Positions 50,019 to 64,000 of a stretch of DNA of 64,000 bases are shown piece by piece. How positions within the stretch are numbered: the stretch's first letter is position 1; each line of letters opens with the position of its first letter. Source of the DNA: Lytechinus pictus (taxonomy: Eukaryota); the NCBI RefSeq assembly GCF_037042905.1, contig NC_087250.1:21764001-21828000 (forward strand), in the 5' to 3' direction. The translations under genes and the position numbers were made by a program. The notes under the pieces are model-generated. The model was not told where the DNA came from. It was given only the letters and a program-made list of their open reading frames with translations, and did no database searches.

Positions 50019-50330
50019 GGCCCGTATTCTGAATTCGGGTTTAATTTAAACTCAGGTTTAAAGTTGTGGTTTAAGTATGGGAAGCCAAAAGTATCACATT
50101 TTTTATTAAGTTGTATGTGTCTTATGTTTACTGTGCTCTTTCTGGATTCATCGATGGTGAAAACAATCATCTAGTTATACTTCTTAGACAATTATGAATG
50201 AATTGAGAGTCAAATGAGCTGAAATATGATATCTTTACCTGTTAATGATTTATGCAACAATTGGCTATCCATACTTAAACCACAACTTTAAACCTGAGTT
50301 TAATTTAAACCTGCTATCAGAATATGGGCC
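50019..50330. mobile_element. PIF/Harbinger-like MITE (inverted copy of 29938-30249)
   Basis: Same TIRs and body. Confidence 0.8.
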
Positions 50331-52121
50331 ATTAAGATTAGTCAGAGTGTAGAAGTAAAATTTAATAGATAACTTGCTTAGTCCATGCAGGTGGGTGTTT
50401 CATAAAGCTTTTCGTAGGTTCAGAGCGACTTTAAGAACGACTGGTGATCCTTTTTTTTTTTTTACTGCAAATGGTATAAACCAAAACGTTCATTGGCGAT
50501 GGTTTCCGTAGCGCGTAATATTAAGAAAGGATCACCAGACGTTTTACAGTCGCTCTTGCTATATGAAACACCCCCTGGTAATTTGCTATGAGGTAAAATT
50601 GGTAACTGCATGTTACCAGTCAACTCTAACTGGTCAAGTTTATTTAACCTAATAGGGTGTAACCACATAGGGAGAATGATTGCCCCAATTAAATTTGGGG
50701 GCGTCAAACACTGGGAGTTGTCTCTATATTGGTGAATAATGCAATTAAGAAACATTTTGAGCAAGAGTCAACGCCATGAACAAATAAAATGCATGGATTT
50801 ATATAAATTCAAACCACTTGATAAAAAAGAAGAATTAGCACATTGAATAGAAACTACGTAAATAATGGGACACACAGGTATAATGTCCTCTGAGGATATG
50901 AATGGTGAGCTTGAGACCGATTTTGACCAAAGTTTGATGAGCAAACTTCTGGGTCCCGTCTTACAAAGACTTGCAATTGATCTGATCAATCGCAACTATG
51001 GAAAGCCAGCAACGTCAACATCTAAAATACATTTTTGTTCAAAATATTTTCTAGAAATGACTTATATTCACATATTTACTGTTTCCTTGACAATTCAGTG
51101 TGCTTCTTTTAGTTTTCAAAGGACATTGAGGAAATTTCCAAAAGAAAAAAGTTATGACACTTGGATTTCCATATACTTAAGATTGATCGAATCATTCGTA
51201 ACTCTTTGTAAGACGTGGCCCATTGAAGACTGGGAAGGCGACAAGGTATTTTGAAAGGAGCAAGACGACCAATTTATTCATGTTATTTATCAGAGTTGAA
51301 TTACATATAAATTGATATTAATGAATTTACACGACCTATTCCTCTTTTTAATATCATCTTTATTCTCCTCCTTTTTTTTCTTCACTTCCATTTTATCGCT
51401 CCCCTGCAACCCCTCCTCGCCCCGATAGCGTCGCCCCCAATGGGACATTACAAGTTAAGTAGATCATATTGGGTGCTAGAACAACTGACATTATAAATTT
51501 TATGTACACAACTATTTTTCCTAATAAGAGTTATATTTTATTAATGAAGTTCTAAAAGTTTGAGTTTCTCTCTATGCGCTTAAAGGAATTTGAATAAATT
51601 TTATTTTGAATTTCAACAAAGTAATGTCACTAACGGAAAGCTTTAGTAATGGGTAGCAAGTCCCGAACTCTAGGGGGTGGTTTCAAATGAGTCAAATTTG
51701 GGTCACTATAACATATTCTAACAAATAAAACGTTTTCCGTCTCAAGTTCCTCATGACATTTAGCCAAAATGGCATCCATTTTGGAAACAGGATTTAATGA
51801 CGCTCTCTGAAATCCCAAATCAATACAGTATGTGCCCATGAGAGTATATTTTCAGCTGCTGTAGTAGCATTTAAGCATGCACAAAAGGGTTTTTCAAAGT
51901 TCTCAGCTTCCATAACAAAAAGAAAACCATTCCTGTTATTTGTTCATTTTCATCGAGTTGAGAGAAGCTGACATTAGCTATCAAGGAGCTAATAAATCCA
52001 CAAAGTCAACATGTTGGTAAGAAAGTATTGAAAAAGAAACTGGTTTTAGTTTGCAGGTTGATACAGGTTTTATCCCACCGCTGCCACCAGTAATGACGTC
52101 ACACATAAGCAATCTGAAACA

Positions 52122-52710
52122 TTATTCATCAAGGAGCCAGACGTTGAATTCCTTAAACGTAGATACCTTTCCATCTGATCGTCCTAAATGGTTTCCATGA
52201 GCTATATATACTTGGTCCGCATGTTGGTCATGCCACGTCCAATTGAAAAACTGTTTCCCAATCGGGAATTTGTAGTAATCAAAATATTGAATCCCCAAAT
52301 GTCGTTTATTTTCCTTGAGAATAAAGGACAAAGCGACCTGGTCCGTTTCCACTTTGCCCGTATAGTAGGCCAGTCTTTCGATCCAGTCATAAACCATTTT
52401 AATCACAACAGACGTTGATTTCATGTAGAAGAAACACGGGCAAGGGAAACGTGCCATTTTCCCCTGAGCAAGCCAGATGTCGTAGTTATCGTATTCATCA
52501 AGGACCAGCTTCACGGGATCCTTGAACCAGACTGCGTCGATGTCAACGAGAAGAACGTCATATCCTGACTGAAGGATGGAAAGGATGTAGACGGTTCTTC
52601 GCCGAATGAGGTGCTGGTATGTGGAGATGTTCTTTGAAAGTTTTCCGGGCAGTGCGAACTGGCTGGATAGGACGGTTCGAAACCGCTGAGTAGTTTTCTC
52701 GAAGAAATAT
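52122..52710 (-). CDS. Nucleotide-diphospho-sugar transferase (GT77/PF03407-like), last exon
   Basis: Y..LIRRRT.YILSILQSGYDVLLVDIDAVWFKDP (DxD), C.CFFY, DQVAL, FPIG and H.NH...DGK...FKE..VW motifs. ttccag acceptor in phase 2. Confidence 0.88.
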
Positions 52711-53358
52711 CTGGAAGTCATAATGAAGAAAATAATCATTACGATAGAAGAGATGAGTTGGTCTACTATGGACCTAGAGACAGTCAACCATAAGCCTAAA
52801 GATTTCCAACAATATGCAAACGTTTCCAGATTTTTTTTTTTTTTTTTTTTGGGGGGGGGAGGGGTATAATTTCATTATTATTTCCAATTTAAGAAAAAAA
52901 TAGAATTGCCATCTCGTCATGTTTACATCCAGTGGGAGAGATGATCAGATGACAAGATCACGTCATCTGATCATTCCTTTTACCAGTACAGGATGCAGAT
53001 ATGACGAGATCCGGTATCTCGTCGTCTCGTCTTTTTTTCCGAAGAGGTGTAGGCATGCACGAGATGAATCTCTGAACATCTGGATGGCACCTCCAAGCTT
53101 CCATTTTTTAGGCAAAGGTCTTTTTTAAACCAGTACCCTAGAAATTGATGGGTGATGTATGAAGAAGAAGAAGAAGAAGTAGAGGAAGAAGGTAAGAAGA
53201 AGAAGAAGAAGGAGGAGGAGGAGGAGAAGAAGAATGGTTTTTTTAAGTAACAGAATATAGGTGAAAGAGTCGGAGAAAAACAATGCGAAGGAAACCGATG
53301 AGAAAAAGAGGACATATAGTAAAGAAAGTTCAATTCTGGAAAGTATCTGTCGGCTTAC

Positions 53359-53600
53359 TTGTGCGTTTCTTCATCTTCTGCCATTAGAAGGACATCGTAT
53401 GGTAACTTAAGTCGATCGATGCTTGCTCGCCAGTTGTCCGTTAAATCTATAAAGTTTTTATCTGTAGCTGTGAGTATGATGAACGGTGGCGGCTTCTCAT
53501 ATGTGAACTGTTGGCTGTCTGTCCGGAAAACCTGTTGGTACGAAGGGATAGTTTTAGTTATCAATCTACCCGATTGTTTTACTCCCGCTCCCTCATTCCG
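53359..53600 (-). CDS. GT77-like transferase, internal exon (5' boundary uncertain)
   Basis: IILTATDKNFIDLTDNWRASIDRLKLPYDVLLMAEDEETH, the typical N-terminal part of the domain. The gtaag donor in phase 2 fits the next exon. Confidence 0.75.
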
Positions 53601-54891
53601 TTTGATTCCATCTCACATGGTCTAGTCTGATCCTTGTTCCCTTCAAACAGACCTTTGGTCTAACAGCCCATTTCCAGACAATATGCAGTTAGGCTATACC
53701 ATGTATACCAAGAGTTTTGTGACGTCGCTATTCACTTTGTCCAACATCATTAGCACACATGGTTATCTGCTCTGTTCATAAAGCAATTTGTCTTCTAAGA
53801 AGTAAAATCGATCTTAGATGACGTGGAAATTTGACCAACTGGACATTAGTCTTGGTGAGAATTAGACCAAGTGATCATTAGACCAAGTGTAGCCCAAACG
53901 CCAATTAGACTAAATTGATTACAGACCTAGTTGTGCTTTAGCACATGTATACCTTTACCTCATGAGGTAGAAGAAGCGACTACTTGTGCACAAAGTGAAT
54001 ATAAACCCTTTTTGTAACAGTCTTGGTGCAGCTATCCCACCGCTGCCACGCTATATAGTGACGTCACAAAAATCTGGAAATGTCCACATACCGGATCTGA
54101 GAACAAATTTAATAATTAGTCAGGGCCATTCTGCATAATATAGAGGAGGGCTCCGACAACCCTTGACAGATTCTTTTTATTTCAGATTTGACGATAAGAA
54201 AGAATGTTCATTAAATCCCAATAGGTTACATTGGAGGCAATTCACATACTGTTCAGGGAAGAATCAAATTTTGTTTCCTATCATAATGAGGATATATACG
54301 AACTATTTAACAATTCGTACAATAAGATACAAAAGTAGTGATTGGTCGACGCCATCGGTTCCTTCATTTGAGTAGCGACAAAAATGTGCCTATCCATAAA
54401 CTGTTCCGTGAAATTAAGCGAAACTTTCTTACATCCAAGTTTGATTAAATCGCTAATTTTTCTTATCGTTTTTTTTTTAATAGTTTAATGAAAATAAACT
54501 TTTTGGTGGGGTCGTCTGCCTCTTGAATCAATTTTTTTTAAAGATACCAGTGAGTTGTATTTGATAGTAGAATAGTGTTCATCATCACTGAATATTATAT
54601 GAATAAGCTTCCCTTCGTTTTTGACACACCCTGACAGATTTCGGGCTGCTTTTGGTGTCTATCGTCACTCATTGGTAACAGTACATTTGCTCCAGAGACA
54701 ATTGCTCCGGGCTTATTTTCATCTTAGATGTAGGGTAACGGTTGCAATAGGATTTTATGCTAGATTTATGGTTAGGTGTAGGATAGATAAAAGTGTTGAA
54801 CCCAGAGTTGAAGTTGGTCATTCGATTAGTGTGTGGAATTTAGAGCGGAGCAATTGTCTCCGGAGCAAATGTCATGGGACCCATTCTTTAC

Positions 54892-55130
54892 CTGGAAAAG
54901 CCCCGGAAGTACATTCTCCGAGAGGGCTTCTTTGAGTTCGGCCATTTTACTCGGCACGGGTATGATAGGTTCACGGTGTACAAATGACACATTAAAGCCA
55001 AGCTTTCTGAACTTCTTCATAACGTCTTCGTTGTGCGTTGGTCTCTTAAACACGGGTCTCCATTCCGGCTGCGCTGGTTTTTGTCCCTGGGGGCGCTGTT
55101 TACGTATCTGACTCCTTTTTAGCACGATAC
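54892..55130 (-). CDS. Probable stem-region exon of the GT77-like type II membrane protein
   Basis: ttttcag acceptor, open frame and cag|gtaaag donor. The phase 1 start fits the exon at 59740. Confidence 0.6.
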
Positions 55131-56001
55131 CTGAAAAGAAATCAAATATAACAATTATCGATTTGTCTCTAGGTCAAATTCTTGTTTAATTTTGTAAAGT
55201 GCCTGTTTTGTGAATTTCTACAACATTTCTACTAGAAGTTTGCACCAAGCAGCCCCCTTTTCAACTTTGTAATGCAAGAAACCTCACGGTGGTAAGCTCG
55301 ATCTCTAAGGTCGATCTCTTTGCTCCCTCGTTTATGTTTTCGATCATTTTAGTTATCCAGTACCAGATAGGCCTAATGAATTATACGTACGGACCTTTCA
55401 TTTAGATGAGGTTTAAATCAGGAGCATAATACAGGCATGTATTTCATAATTGTTGTGTAAACTCTACAACCCGCCTTGGGTTGATCGACATTAATTCATT
55501 GATTCGTACGTGCTTGGTTCAGTCAAAGAATAATCTAATCCTCTTAAAAACGAATGAGTTTTTACTGTATGAGTGAAATGCGTTTCGATGTGTTCTTAAG
55601 TCTTACCAAAATGGCATGATGATAAACTACAAGCATGGCCCTGGGAAGCCGGGGAGCTGGGGATACTGAAGCACCCCGATATTTTTTCCCAGGGGTGCTG
55701 CGTGTATTATTCTCCATAGGAAGCACCTCCTCGAATTCTGGCAGGTGTTACAAAATTGAGCCTCTATTCTGTAGTTGGGGTTTTTTGCTTTTCACCTTTC
55801 TCGGGACCAATATAACCTTGGTTTTGTAGTGAAATTTGTTTGTTTGTTTGATTGTATTTTTTTTGCTCGTCAAGTTTCTCGGGAACGAAATAACCTTCAT
55901 TTTGTAGGAAATCCCCCTCATGTTTTTTCTTTTGATTTTTGCTTGTCACATTTACTACAGCACCCCAAGTAAATAAATCGTTCCCAGGGCCCCAAATTTA
56001 A

Positions 56002-56565
56002 AGGGGAATCCAGCCTTGACCATAAAATGTTGTGTTGGGAAGGAGAAAAATAAATTAAACAGAATGGTGAAAGTTTGAAAGAAATCGGACAAGCAATAAG
56101 AAAGTTATAGCTGCTTTAAAATTGAGATCACTAATAGTATGTAGATTTCAAATTGGCAACTGGGTAAGTAAATTATGACAAGGGGCAAGGACAACTTTCC
56201 CATAGACCATGTACTTTATTATCAGGGATTTGTGGGGCAGTAATCTAAATATAACCCAGGTAGTATATTGTTTTATGTCCTCATGAAAAAAAAATTTAAT
56301 TTGAAATAAAACTTTTGGGAAAAATGACATTCTAGCCAAAATATGTATTGGAGTACATGGAAGAGTAGTCCTTGCCTTACATCACTATGACATCACATAT
56401 GCGGCCAATTTGAAGTCTCCATGGGTATAGTGATTACCAATATTTACAAATTCAAAAAATCATAACTTTCTTTTTGTTTGTCCGATATTGTTAAAACTTT
56501 CACCTATCAACTTGTCTGATTTTTCTTTTTCTTATAACAAGTTTTTATTTGGGTTGGATCCCCCT
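56002..56565. mobile_element. TTAA-targeting MITE (inverted copy of 42444-43038)
   Basis: ttaa|aggggaatcca ... tggatccccct|ttaa. Confidence 0.8.
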
Positions 56566-58749
56566 TTAATGAGAATTGTGACCAGGTGGGTGTTTCATAA
56601 AGCTGTTCGTAAAGTTACGCACAACTTTACGCACGACTGGAACATGTTCTTAGGTCATAAATCAATTATATAGGGATATCACATAGCACAAGAAAGGATC
56701 ACCAGTCGTGCGTAAAGTCATTCGTATCTTACGAACAGCTTTATGAAACACCCACCAGGAAACCTAGAATGAAAAACTATATAGTTCTCTGATTGACCGT
56801 GTGGACCCTTCGGATGACCATGATATATTCAATGAACCAGTCTCCTAATCGGATTGAAACTGTCAGATCTTCATGGCTGACAATGATGGCACGCATGTCG
56901 GCTATTATTCAGCTATATCTTCTTAAATCTAAGAAGATTCCTTATACCCCCGTCACACTTATTCGGAATCAGCAGGAATCGAGCAGAAGCTGGAAAGAAA
57001 AAATATTCAAAAAATCTAGAAATTTTTGGGAGGAACTTATGAATTCATCAAACTGGAGATGAAATTCAGTAAATTGACCAGGTGTATCATCATACACTAG
57101 TCAAAATGAACCGCAATGGAGTCAGCTTGATAATTCGTGCTACGTTCTTGGACATTCTAGGGGCATTCTAAATATTCTGACTGCATTCTGAGTGCATTCG
57201 AAATATTTTTGTCGTTTCTTTTGGCCGTCCCGATGGTTTTGGTCATGTTCAAAACATTCGAGGGGTATTCTCGAACGATGTTGGAAGTAGATTTAAATGA
57301 CCAATTGGTGGTCAAACAATAGTCCTTTCATTCAGGCCAATTCTGCTTGATTCGGAATAAGTGTGATGGGGGCTTTAAGTATGTGATGACAGCTCTCCAT
57401 GAGTATCACCAGGGCCCCGTAACACAAAGCTTAGCAATGATCGCAAAACATTTTTTTTAACGATTGATTCCATTGACTACAATGTACAATCAATCGTAAA
57501 AATCAAGCGTACGATTAATCGCTAACCTTTGTGTTACGGGCCCCTGTTAAAGTAAGCAGGTTTTCGAGTAGGAGCAGGTATGTATTCTCGCCTTTTATTT
57601 TATTTTTTAAGACTTTTCAACTTAGCTCCGTCGCCCCTTGAAATCGGCATAATCTTTTCCCTCTGAAACCAGTTACATTAATCATTCACCATATACTCTG
57701 TAAACTAGAACAGTAGATTTGAAGGTTTATAATACCATCATCAGCTAGGAAATAGCCAACGCTTAAGCACATTTTCTTAAAGAAGCTGAGCAGCGTACAA
57801 ATGGGGAGGGGGCAGCTTGGGGCACTTGCCCCCCAAAAGGAAATATATAAATAAAAGTTTAAAAAGTTCTCGACCAAGAACAACAAAAAATTGGAAAGAA
57901 AAGGAAGAAGAGAAGAGAAAAGTATGATATCATTTTGTTATTGCTATGTTAAAATCTATCACAAAATTGGATATTTGTAATAAAGCAAAACCTCAATTTT
58001 TTTGCTCGCTAACAACTTTTCAGACATTTTCCCCGATCCGATTTATTCTGGCCTCATTACGCTGCTGACGCTAATTTATTTTTTAGATGACATTGGGCTG
58101 TTATTAGCCAATTAGATTAACATGATCTTCCAAGAACATGACAGTGCACATATTTACCAACATATTAGTTGCATTGACCATTCCCTTTTAAACAAAGGGA
58201 AGTTCACCCTGAAAAAAGTTTGTTGCAAAAATGGAAGAAAAATATAATGCAGAAATATTGAAGGTGTAAGGAAAATCCGTTAAAGATTAGGAAAGTTTTT
58301 AGAATGTTAAGTTTCGGATTTAGGACGTCATAATCGAGTAGCTGCCCTATATGCTAAGTAATATAAAATGCATGGATGTCATTTTTTAATGGTTCCTGAT
58401 GACTTATCTTTGTTTTCTTTTTATGATCAGGTGTGAAATGATATGTCTATTGATAAACAAAAGTTACAGTAAAAGCAATTTTTTTGTTGTTGAGAAAATG
58501 ACATTTTATTGATTTTTTTACCATTCGCTATGAAGGAACTATGCTCGCATATGACGTCACAAATCAAATATCTAAAATCTTAACAACTTTTAAATTCTGT
58601 GATGGATTTTTCCCTCAAACCTTCGGCAATATTTTTAAACATTTTCCTGCTGTTTTTTTATAATAAACTTTTTGTCAGGGTGAACTTCCTTTTTAAGTAT
58701 GTATGAAACTTCCCATTCCTCCTTACACTATTTTCTTCTTCCCTCATAA

Positions 58750-59029
58750 CATTGGCGGAAATCCCAGGGGGACAGGGGGACGCGTCCCCCTACCAAAAAA
58801 GTAGGGGGGGACACAATATCAATTGCCCCCTATACTATTTTTGGTCTGTTATGATGAAGAAAAATACATCATTAACAATGGAAATAATACATGTATATTT
58901 GGTTGAAAACCTTTTTTTTTTTTTTTGAGGGGAGGGTTAAAATGACCTTAATTTTGTGGTGATATTCTTTTTTTTTGCTTGTCAAAGTTTCCAGCCCCTC
59001 CTTACCTTTGGGGACAGATTTCCGCCATG
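58750..59029. mobile_element. hAT-like MITE
   Basis: cattggcggaaatc / gatttccgccatg TIR with an 8-bp TSD cctcataa. Confidence 0.7.
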
Positions 59030-59739
59030 CCTCATAACAAAATAACTAAATCATTATTTTGTTTTCAATACTTGATTAACCAGGATCCAGTTCACTGTTT
59101 TGCTTGCTCAGACCATGGATCAGACTAGACACGTTTGAATGCTTCTATAGAGAAAGAGTTGAGTAACAGTTTTGCACCTAATAACTATCGTGCATTAAGT
59201 GTGTAAAATTGGTCGTTTAATAAATTTAGTGCACTTTAAAGTCGCTTGTGATCACTCAACACTCAAATGACTCAATTAGGCTATACGGTGTGGACATAAT
59301 AATAAGTACTGCGTTAGTTGGGGGGGGGGGGGGGGATGCGCGCGCGTGTGTGTATGTGTGGGTATATTCGTCTAAAAGTATCTTCAATGTCCCTTCTCTC
59401 TAAAAAATATAAATCAAATATATATTAATCCATAAATGAATGAATTAATGGATCATTCAATCATTAATCAATGCATAGATAAATAAATAAACAAATAGAT
59501 GGTAAAATGACAATGAAAATAAAATGTTGAAATGGTATAACAATAGGAAAGATGCTGTAAAATGCAAGATCGTAGCTTATTGTAGTGTTACCAATGTTAT
59601 CATAATAGGGATTAGATTTATTAAAAATCGTTAAGTTGAAATCCCCATCAATTGGGCAAAACGATTTTTTTGAGTATTTTTGTTTATATTTGGAACAATA
59701 AATGATTTATTAGTATTATTATTATTTTTTTTAATTTAC

Positions 59740-59887
59740 CTCCTCTTCCTGAAGATTCAAAGTATCGGGATGACAGGACGACGAGGAGCGCGACAGCCAT
59801 CTGGATGACGACCACGACGACGAACATCCTGACAGTGAGAAGCCTCCCCGGTACGAGGAAGGACGCGATGGACCGCCTGCTACTCAT
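59740..59887 (-). CDS. Probable first coding exon (cytoplasmic tail + transmembrane anchor) of the GT77-like gene
   Basis: MSSRRS...RMFVVVVVIQMAVALLVVLSSRYF with a g|gtaaat donor. The upstream acceptor at 59918 implies a further 5' UTR exon. Confidence 0.65.
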
Positions 59888-61457
59888 CGTCGATGTCGTC
59901 GATCACGAGCTTAAAATCTGCATAAGTCAAACACAAAGAAAGGCAAAACATCATCGTAGTCTCGGGATTTTACGACAGGGGCGTTACAGGGGGCGGTGGC
60001 ACGTCCACATGAGTATTTTTTTTTTTTTGGGGGGGGGTTAATACTAAGTAGGACTAATGTTTTAGGGGGGGGGGGAATTCCCTACACTCTAAAAAACGAA
60101 GAGCTAATCTAGCTCTTAAGATGCGTGTATGGTGACTGTACTTTGGAGTGCTGATTTTTCCCGTTCAAATTTGAACTATAGACAAATCAGCACTCCGAAG
60201 TGCAGTCACTATACACGCTCCTTAAGAGCTAAATTAGATCTTAAGGAGCGTGTACTACTGTAGAAAGATCAGTAACTCACAGTGTGTTCCGCAGTAGGTA
60301 CACAGTGGTTGATTTCAAGTTCAGTGTTGACCTCTTGGTGTTGGCTTTAGGTCAATATACACGAGTATAACACCAAACATAAAATGAAAATGGTCCTGAA
60401 AAGTCACTCACTAGTCTAGTTGTTGAGATGTCAATAGTGTGATCTGGATCAATTTAACAAGCTCAGAATAGGTTTCGGCGCTAGTGGAAGCAATCCAGAT
60501 TCCAACACCAACGGCAACACCGGACTTTGGAATCACCCAGTGTGGAACACAATTCTCACCTTCACACTATTCAATTTGAATATTTCAACAGTGTGAATCA
60601 CAATTACACATGGTCTAATATACAATGTGAACCCAATGTGTGCCAGTGTTTCATTTCCAGCATTGCTAACAGAAGTAAAAGGAAAAAAAGTGTCAACATT
60701 ATCAAAATACTGTCTGAGTAGTTTTACTCTTTATTTTCCTTGTTAGCTTCGAAACTGAAGGTCAAATAGAGGTAGCCCCCCCCCCCCCCCAAAAAAAAAA
60801 GAAACACCGCCACCCACACTTCACTGCATTTTTATCGAATAAATGTGAGCATGGATTCCATTAGTAAGAGTCCCATTTGCATTGGCGTGTCATTCAACTG
60901 TACCCCGAACCCCCCCCCCCCCTCCCACTGTGTAGTAAATATAGGCAAGCATATTTTCCCTAGACTAGTTCTTGAAAGATTTCTTTGTATTTCACACCCC
61001 ATTTTTTTAATACCATTCGACTAAAGGTTTTATTTACACGGAAAGGAAAATTCCTCGACGATCGTCTACTCGTATCCAGGCAATTTTCTCATCATGTCCT
61101 TCCTTTGGTTTCTAGAACTACCCAAAAATGTTAGAAACTTTTTGTCGAGGACATTCGTTTAAAGATAACCTGTGGGTATAGGCTTAGAAACCGTATCTAT
61201 TTTCCTACATATTGTAGGATCCGGTCAATTATTATTCTTCGCATGTCAGGCTTAAAGGAAACCTCGGTGTTTACTGCAAAAACATTTGAATTGCTTCATG
61301 AATAATAATGTTGTTTTCCTTATTGACCCGAACAATTCAATTTGTGCGCCATGGAATGTGCTACCAATGGAATAAACAAATAACGATTACATAACTTGAA
61401 TCGAGTATCATTTCGTGTGTAAAATTTCCACTTGAATGATCCATTGCTAGCTTTTAG

Positions 61458-63061
61458 TATAGGTTTTCCCGTCCAATTTCGCACTTAGCGCATGCAAAAG
61501 TAAAGATAGGTCATTTAATTTTGCACATAGTGCATGACAAAGTATAAATAGGTCATTCAATCTATTAGACAGTGCAGCCAAAATCACCAGTCGGCATTCA
61601 AATTCGCTATAGTGCAACCAAAATGGCCATTTGGCATTCATAATCGCTTTAGAGCAACCAAATCCGCCATTCGGCATACGAATTTGTACATAGTGCAACC
61701 AAGTTTGCCCGTGAAACCCCCTCGAGCTATGTTAGAGCATTCAATTTCGCCATTGTGCATCCAATTATACAATTTGTGCATGCAATTTAGCACACGTAAT
61801 TTTTTCTATTTGTTTTATAACTTTCTCATGTTTATATTATCTTCCATTTTATGGGCTTTAAGTCACCGAAAAAAATATAAATATTGGATGGCTAAAGGCA
61901 TATAAATTAACAGAAGGAAAATTTCCTGACATTTCCCTGTGTTAATTCATATGTCTTTTTTATCTTTGTAATTTTTTGTTCTTAATGCATATTTTCTTGT
62001 CATTTGCACCATCTCTTCGATATATGCATTGACTAGAGACATAATCATAGCATGTATCATGATTTTCTTCTTTCATATTTACGTTTAATGTTCTTTTTAT
62101 CTTGCATCTGTTTTCATGTGACTTTAATCATTTAAAGCAATAATCTTTTCATCAAAACTTAAGACATTGACTACGATTTTCTTCCCTTATGTAATTCTTT
62201 TTGAACCTTTTATATTCTTAAAAAAACATGATAACTAAATGTATATATCGTAATTGCAGATGGTTATATTTTACAGATCTTTGGTAAGAAAATTTACATG
62301 TTAGAGTTCAAAGCACAAAACTCGGTCTTTTTCAGCCATTGATTACTTTAGCATGTATACAATATCATGATTTTCTTCTTTCATAACATACTTTTTTTTT
62401 TTTTATCTTGTATCTGTTTTCATATGCCTTTAATCATTTATAACAATAATCTTTTCATAAAACATTAAGATATTGACTACGGTTTTCTTCCCTTATATAA
62501 TTCTTTTTCAACCTTTTATATTCTTAAAAAACAATAACTAAATGTATATACTTAATATGATATCGTAATTGCAGATGGTGTATAACTTCCTAAAAAAGCA
62601 GGCCACTTCTTTATGTAATTTACATGATTTTTTACAAGCATCTGTAAAGAATAATGTAAATTGTCCAGTGCAGTTTTATGAATGGTCACTGGTGGCACAC
62701 ATACTTCAGGTTGGGAAAAACAAGCGAAGAATGTTTGAATATGTATTACAAGTCATGTATAGATACAGTGCTAAATTGAATGCACTAGTTATGAACATGG
62801 ATACTCAATAGCGAAATTGAACGCTCTGTCTTCAGTCACGTGACCTCCGGTGTTAACTTGAGTGCACTATGGCGAATCTGAATGATGTTTTGACACTTTT
62901 GATTGCTCTATAGCCAAACTGATTGCCCATTATGAATTTTTGGCGGCCCTATGGCGATTTTGAATGACTAGTTTGAATTTTTGGTTGCTCTTTAGCGAGA
63001 TTGAATGAACTATTTATACTCTTGCATGCACTAAGTGCGAAATTGAGCGGGAAAACCTATA
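61458..63061. mobile_element. Non-autonomous DNA transposon with long imperfect TIRs, TA-flanked, with an internal tandem duplication (~62050-62580)
   Basis: tataggttttcccg...aatttcgcacttag.gcatgcaa at the left and its reverse complement at 63020-63061. Confidence 0.75.
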
Positions 63062-64000
63062 TTATTCACTGTAAAAACGTTGTTTTAAGCACGTTGCTTA
63101 AGCCCGTCACTCTAACAACTACTGTTTAAATTTGGTAAACAAGTTGTTTAAAAAGGTTATAAAAAAGAAAAAATAAATAAACAACTTGTTATTCGAATGA
63201 CAGGCTTAAACAACGTCCTTTTTAATGTGTTGGGCCTACTTTTACCATGGATAAGGTAGTTTTATGTCATAGGCCCTATTCTTAACAATCATAGCGGCGA
63301 TTTGGGAATTAAGGTGAGTATGCAACAACGCTTTTGAAAAAGTATCGCTTAAGAGAGAACAGGATACTAGTATATCAGCCATTGTTCGATTGGTCAACAA
63401 TAATTACAATTCTACGCTCTCCCTATTTCTCCCATATCGTTTTTATATCCAATGTTATAGAAATGCCGCACTTTTCTTAATATATTCATTACCCCTTTTG
63501 CTCTGTGGAAATTAAAAAGAAATGAAACCGACTAATTCTCTTTATAATTCTCCTTAAAACAAAACGAAAATGAATGTAGATGAACGTATATACTTACTTT
63601 GGTAATTGCACGAAATATAAACCTTCTTATAACATCATCGACATATATGAGTTATGATCGAAACTATATGATTGTCGATAGTATCTCAGCTATCAGTGTA
63701 GTCATTGCGATATCACCCATTCGTTCCCAATATTTCCAACATATATCTGATGCACGTGTCAAAGATGATGATATGAGAGCGATCCTTAGGGGCGGAAATA
63801 GAAGGGCATCCGTCTTTCTCTCGTTGGATGGTTACCACACAAAGATTAAACTGCCAGTATCATCTAGTGTTTCTGGCGCAAACAGTGTTGGTTTCGTGCA
63901 TCAAAGATGAAGATGACATCGTTATGACGAATACCAATGAAAACAAAATGTTAATCCTTTTTAGACGATGTTCAATGTGAGAAAGTCATCCTTCATAACC

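Noticed and set aside
63599..63990. Moderately complex ORF-like stretch at the window end
   Set aside because: No recognisable domain, stops in all frames, and truncated by the window. It could be a decayed exon, but this is unsupported.

Overview
AT-rich, intron-containing animal genomic DNA. The repeat style suggests an echinoderm such as a sea urchin (inference only). The first half is dominated by a 26-kb insertion (1963-28011) with Polinton/Maverick hallmarks: 5'-AGTAGT...ACTACT-3' ends and a perfect 6-bp TSD (TACATG). It encodes no polymerase, integrase, ATPase, protease or capsid. Once a nested 11.7-kb CCC...GGG / 2-bp-TSD (CMC/EnSpm-like) element at 7164-18882 is removed, the remaining ~14.3 kb is built entirely from one ~3.2-kb end of a Maverick. 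It consists of two fold-back palindromes, each with two divergent copies of a C2H2 zinc-finger ORF around a 10-bp tandem array, plus microhomology-joined fragments, giving five copies of the terminus. This resembles an integrated defective (copy-back/reiterated-origin) polintovirus genome. The second half is ordinary host DNA: a two-exon secreted PAN/Apple-domain gene (+), a four-coding-exon DUSP3-like phosphatase (-), a GT77-like nucleotide-diphospho-sugar transferase (-), and many MITEs, SINEs and microsatellites.
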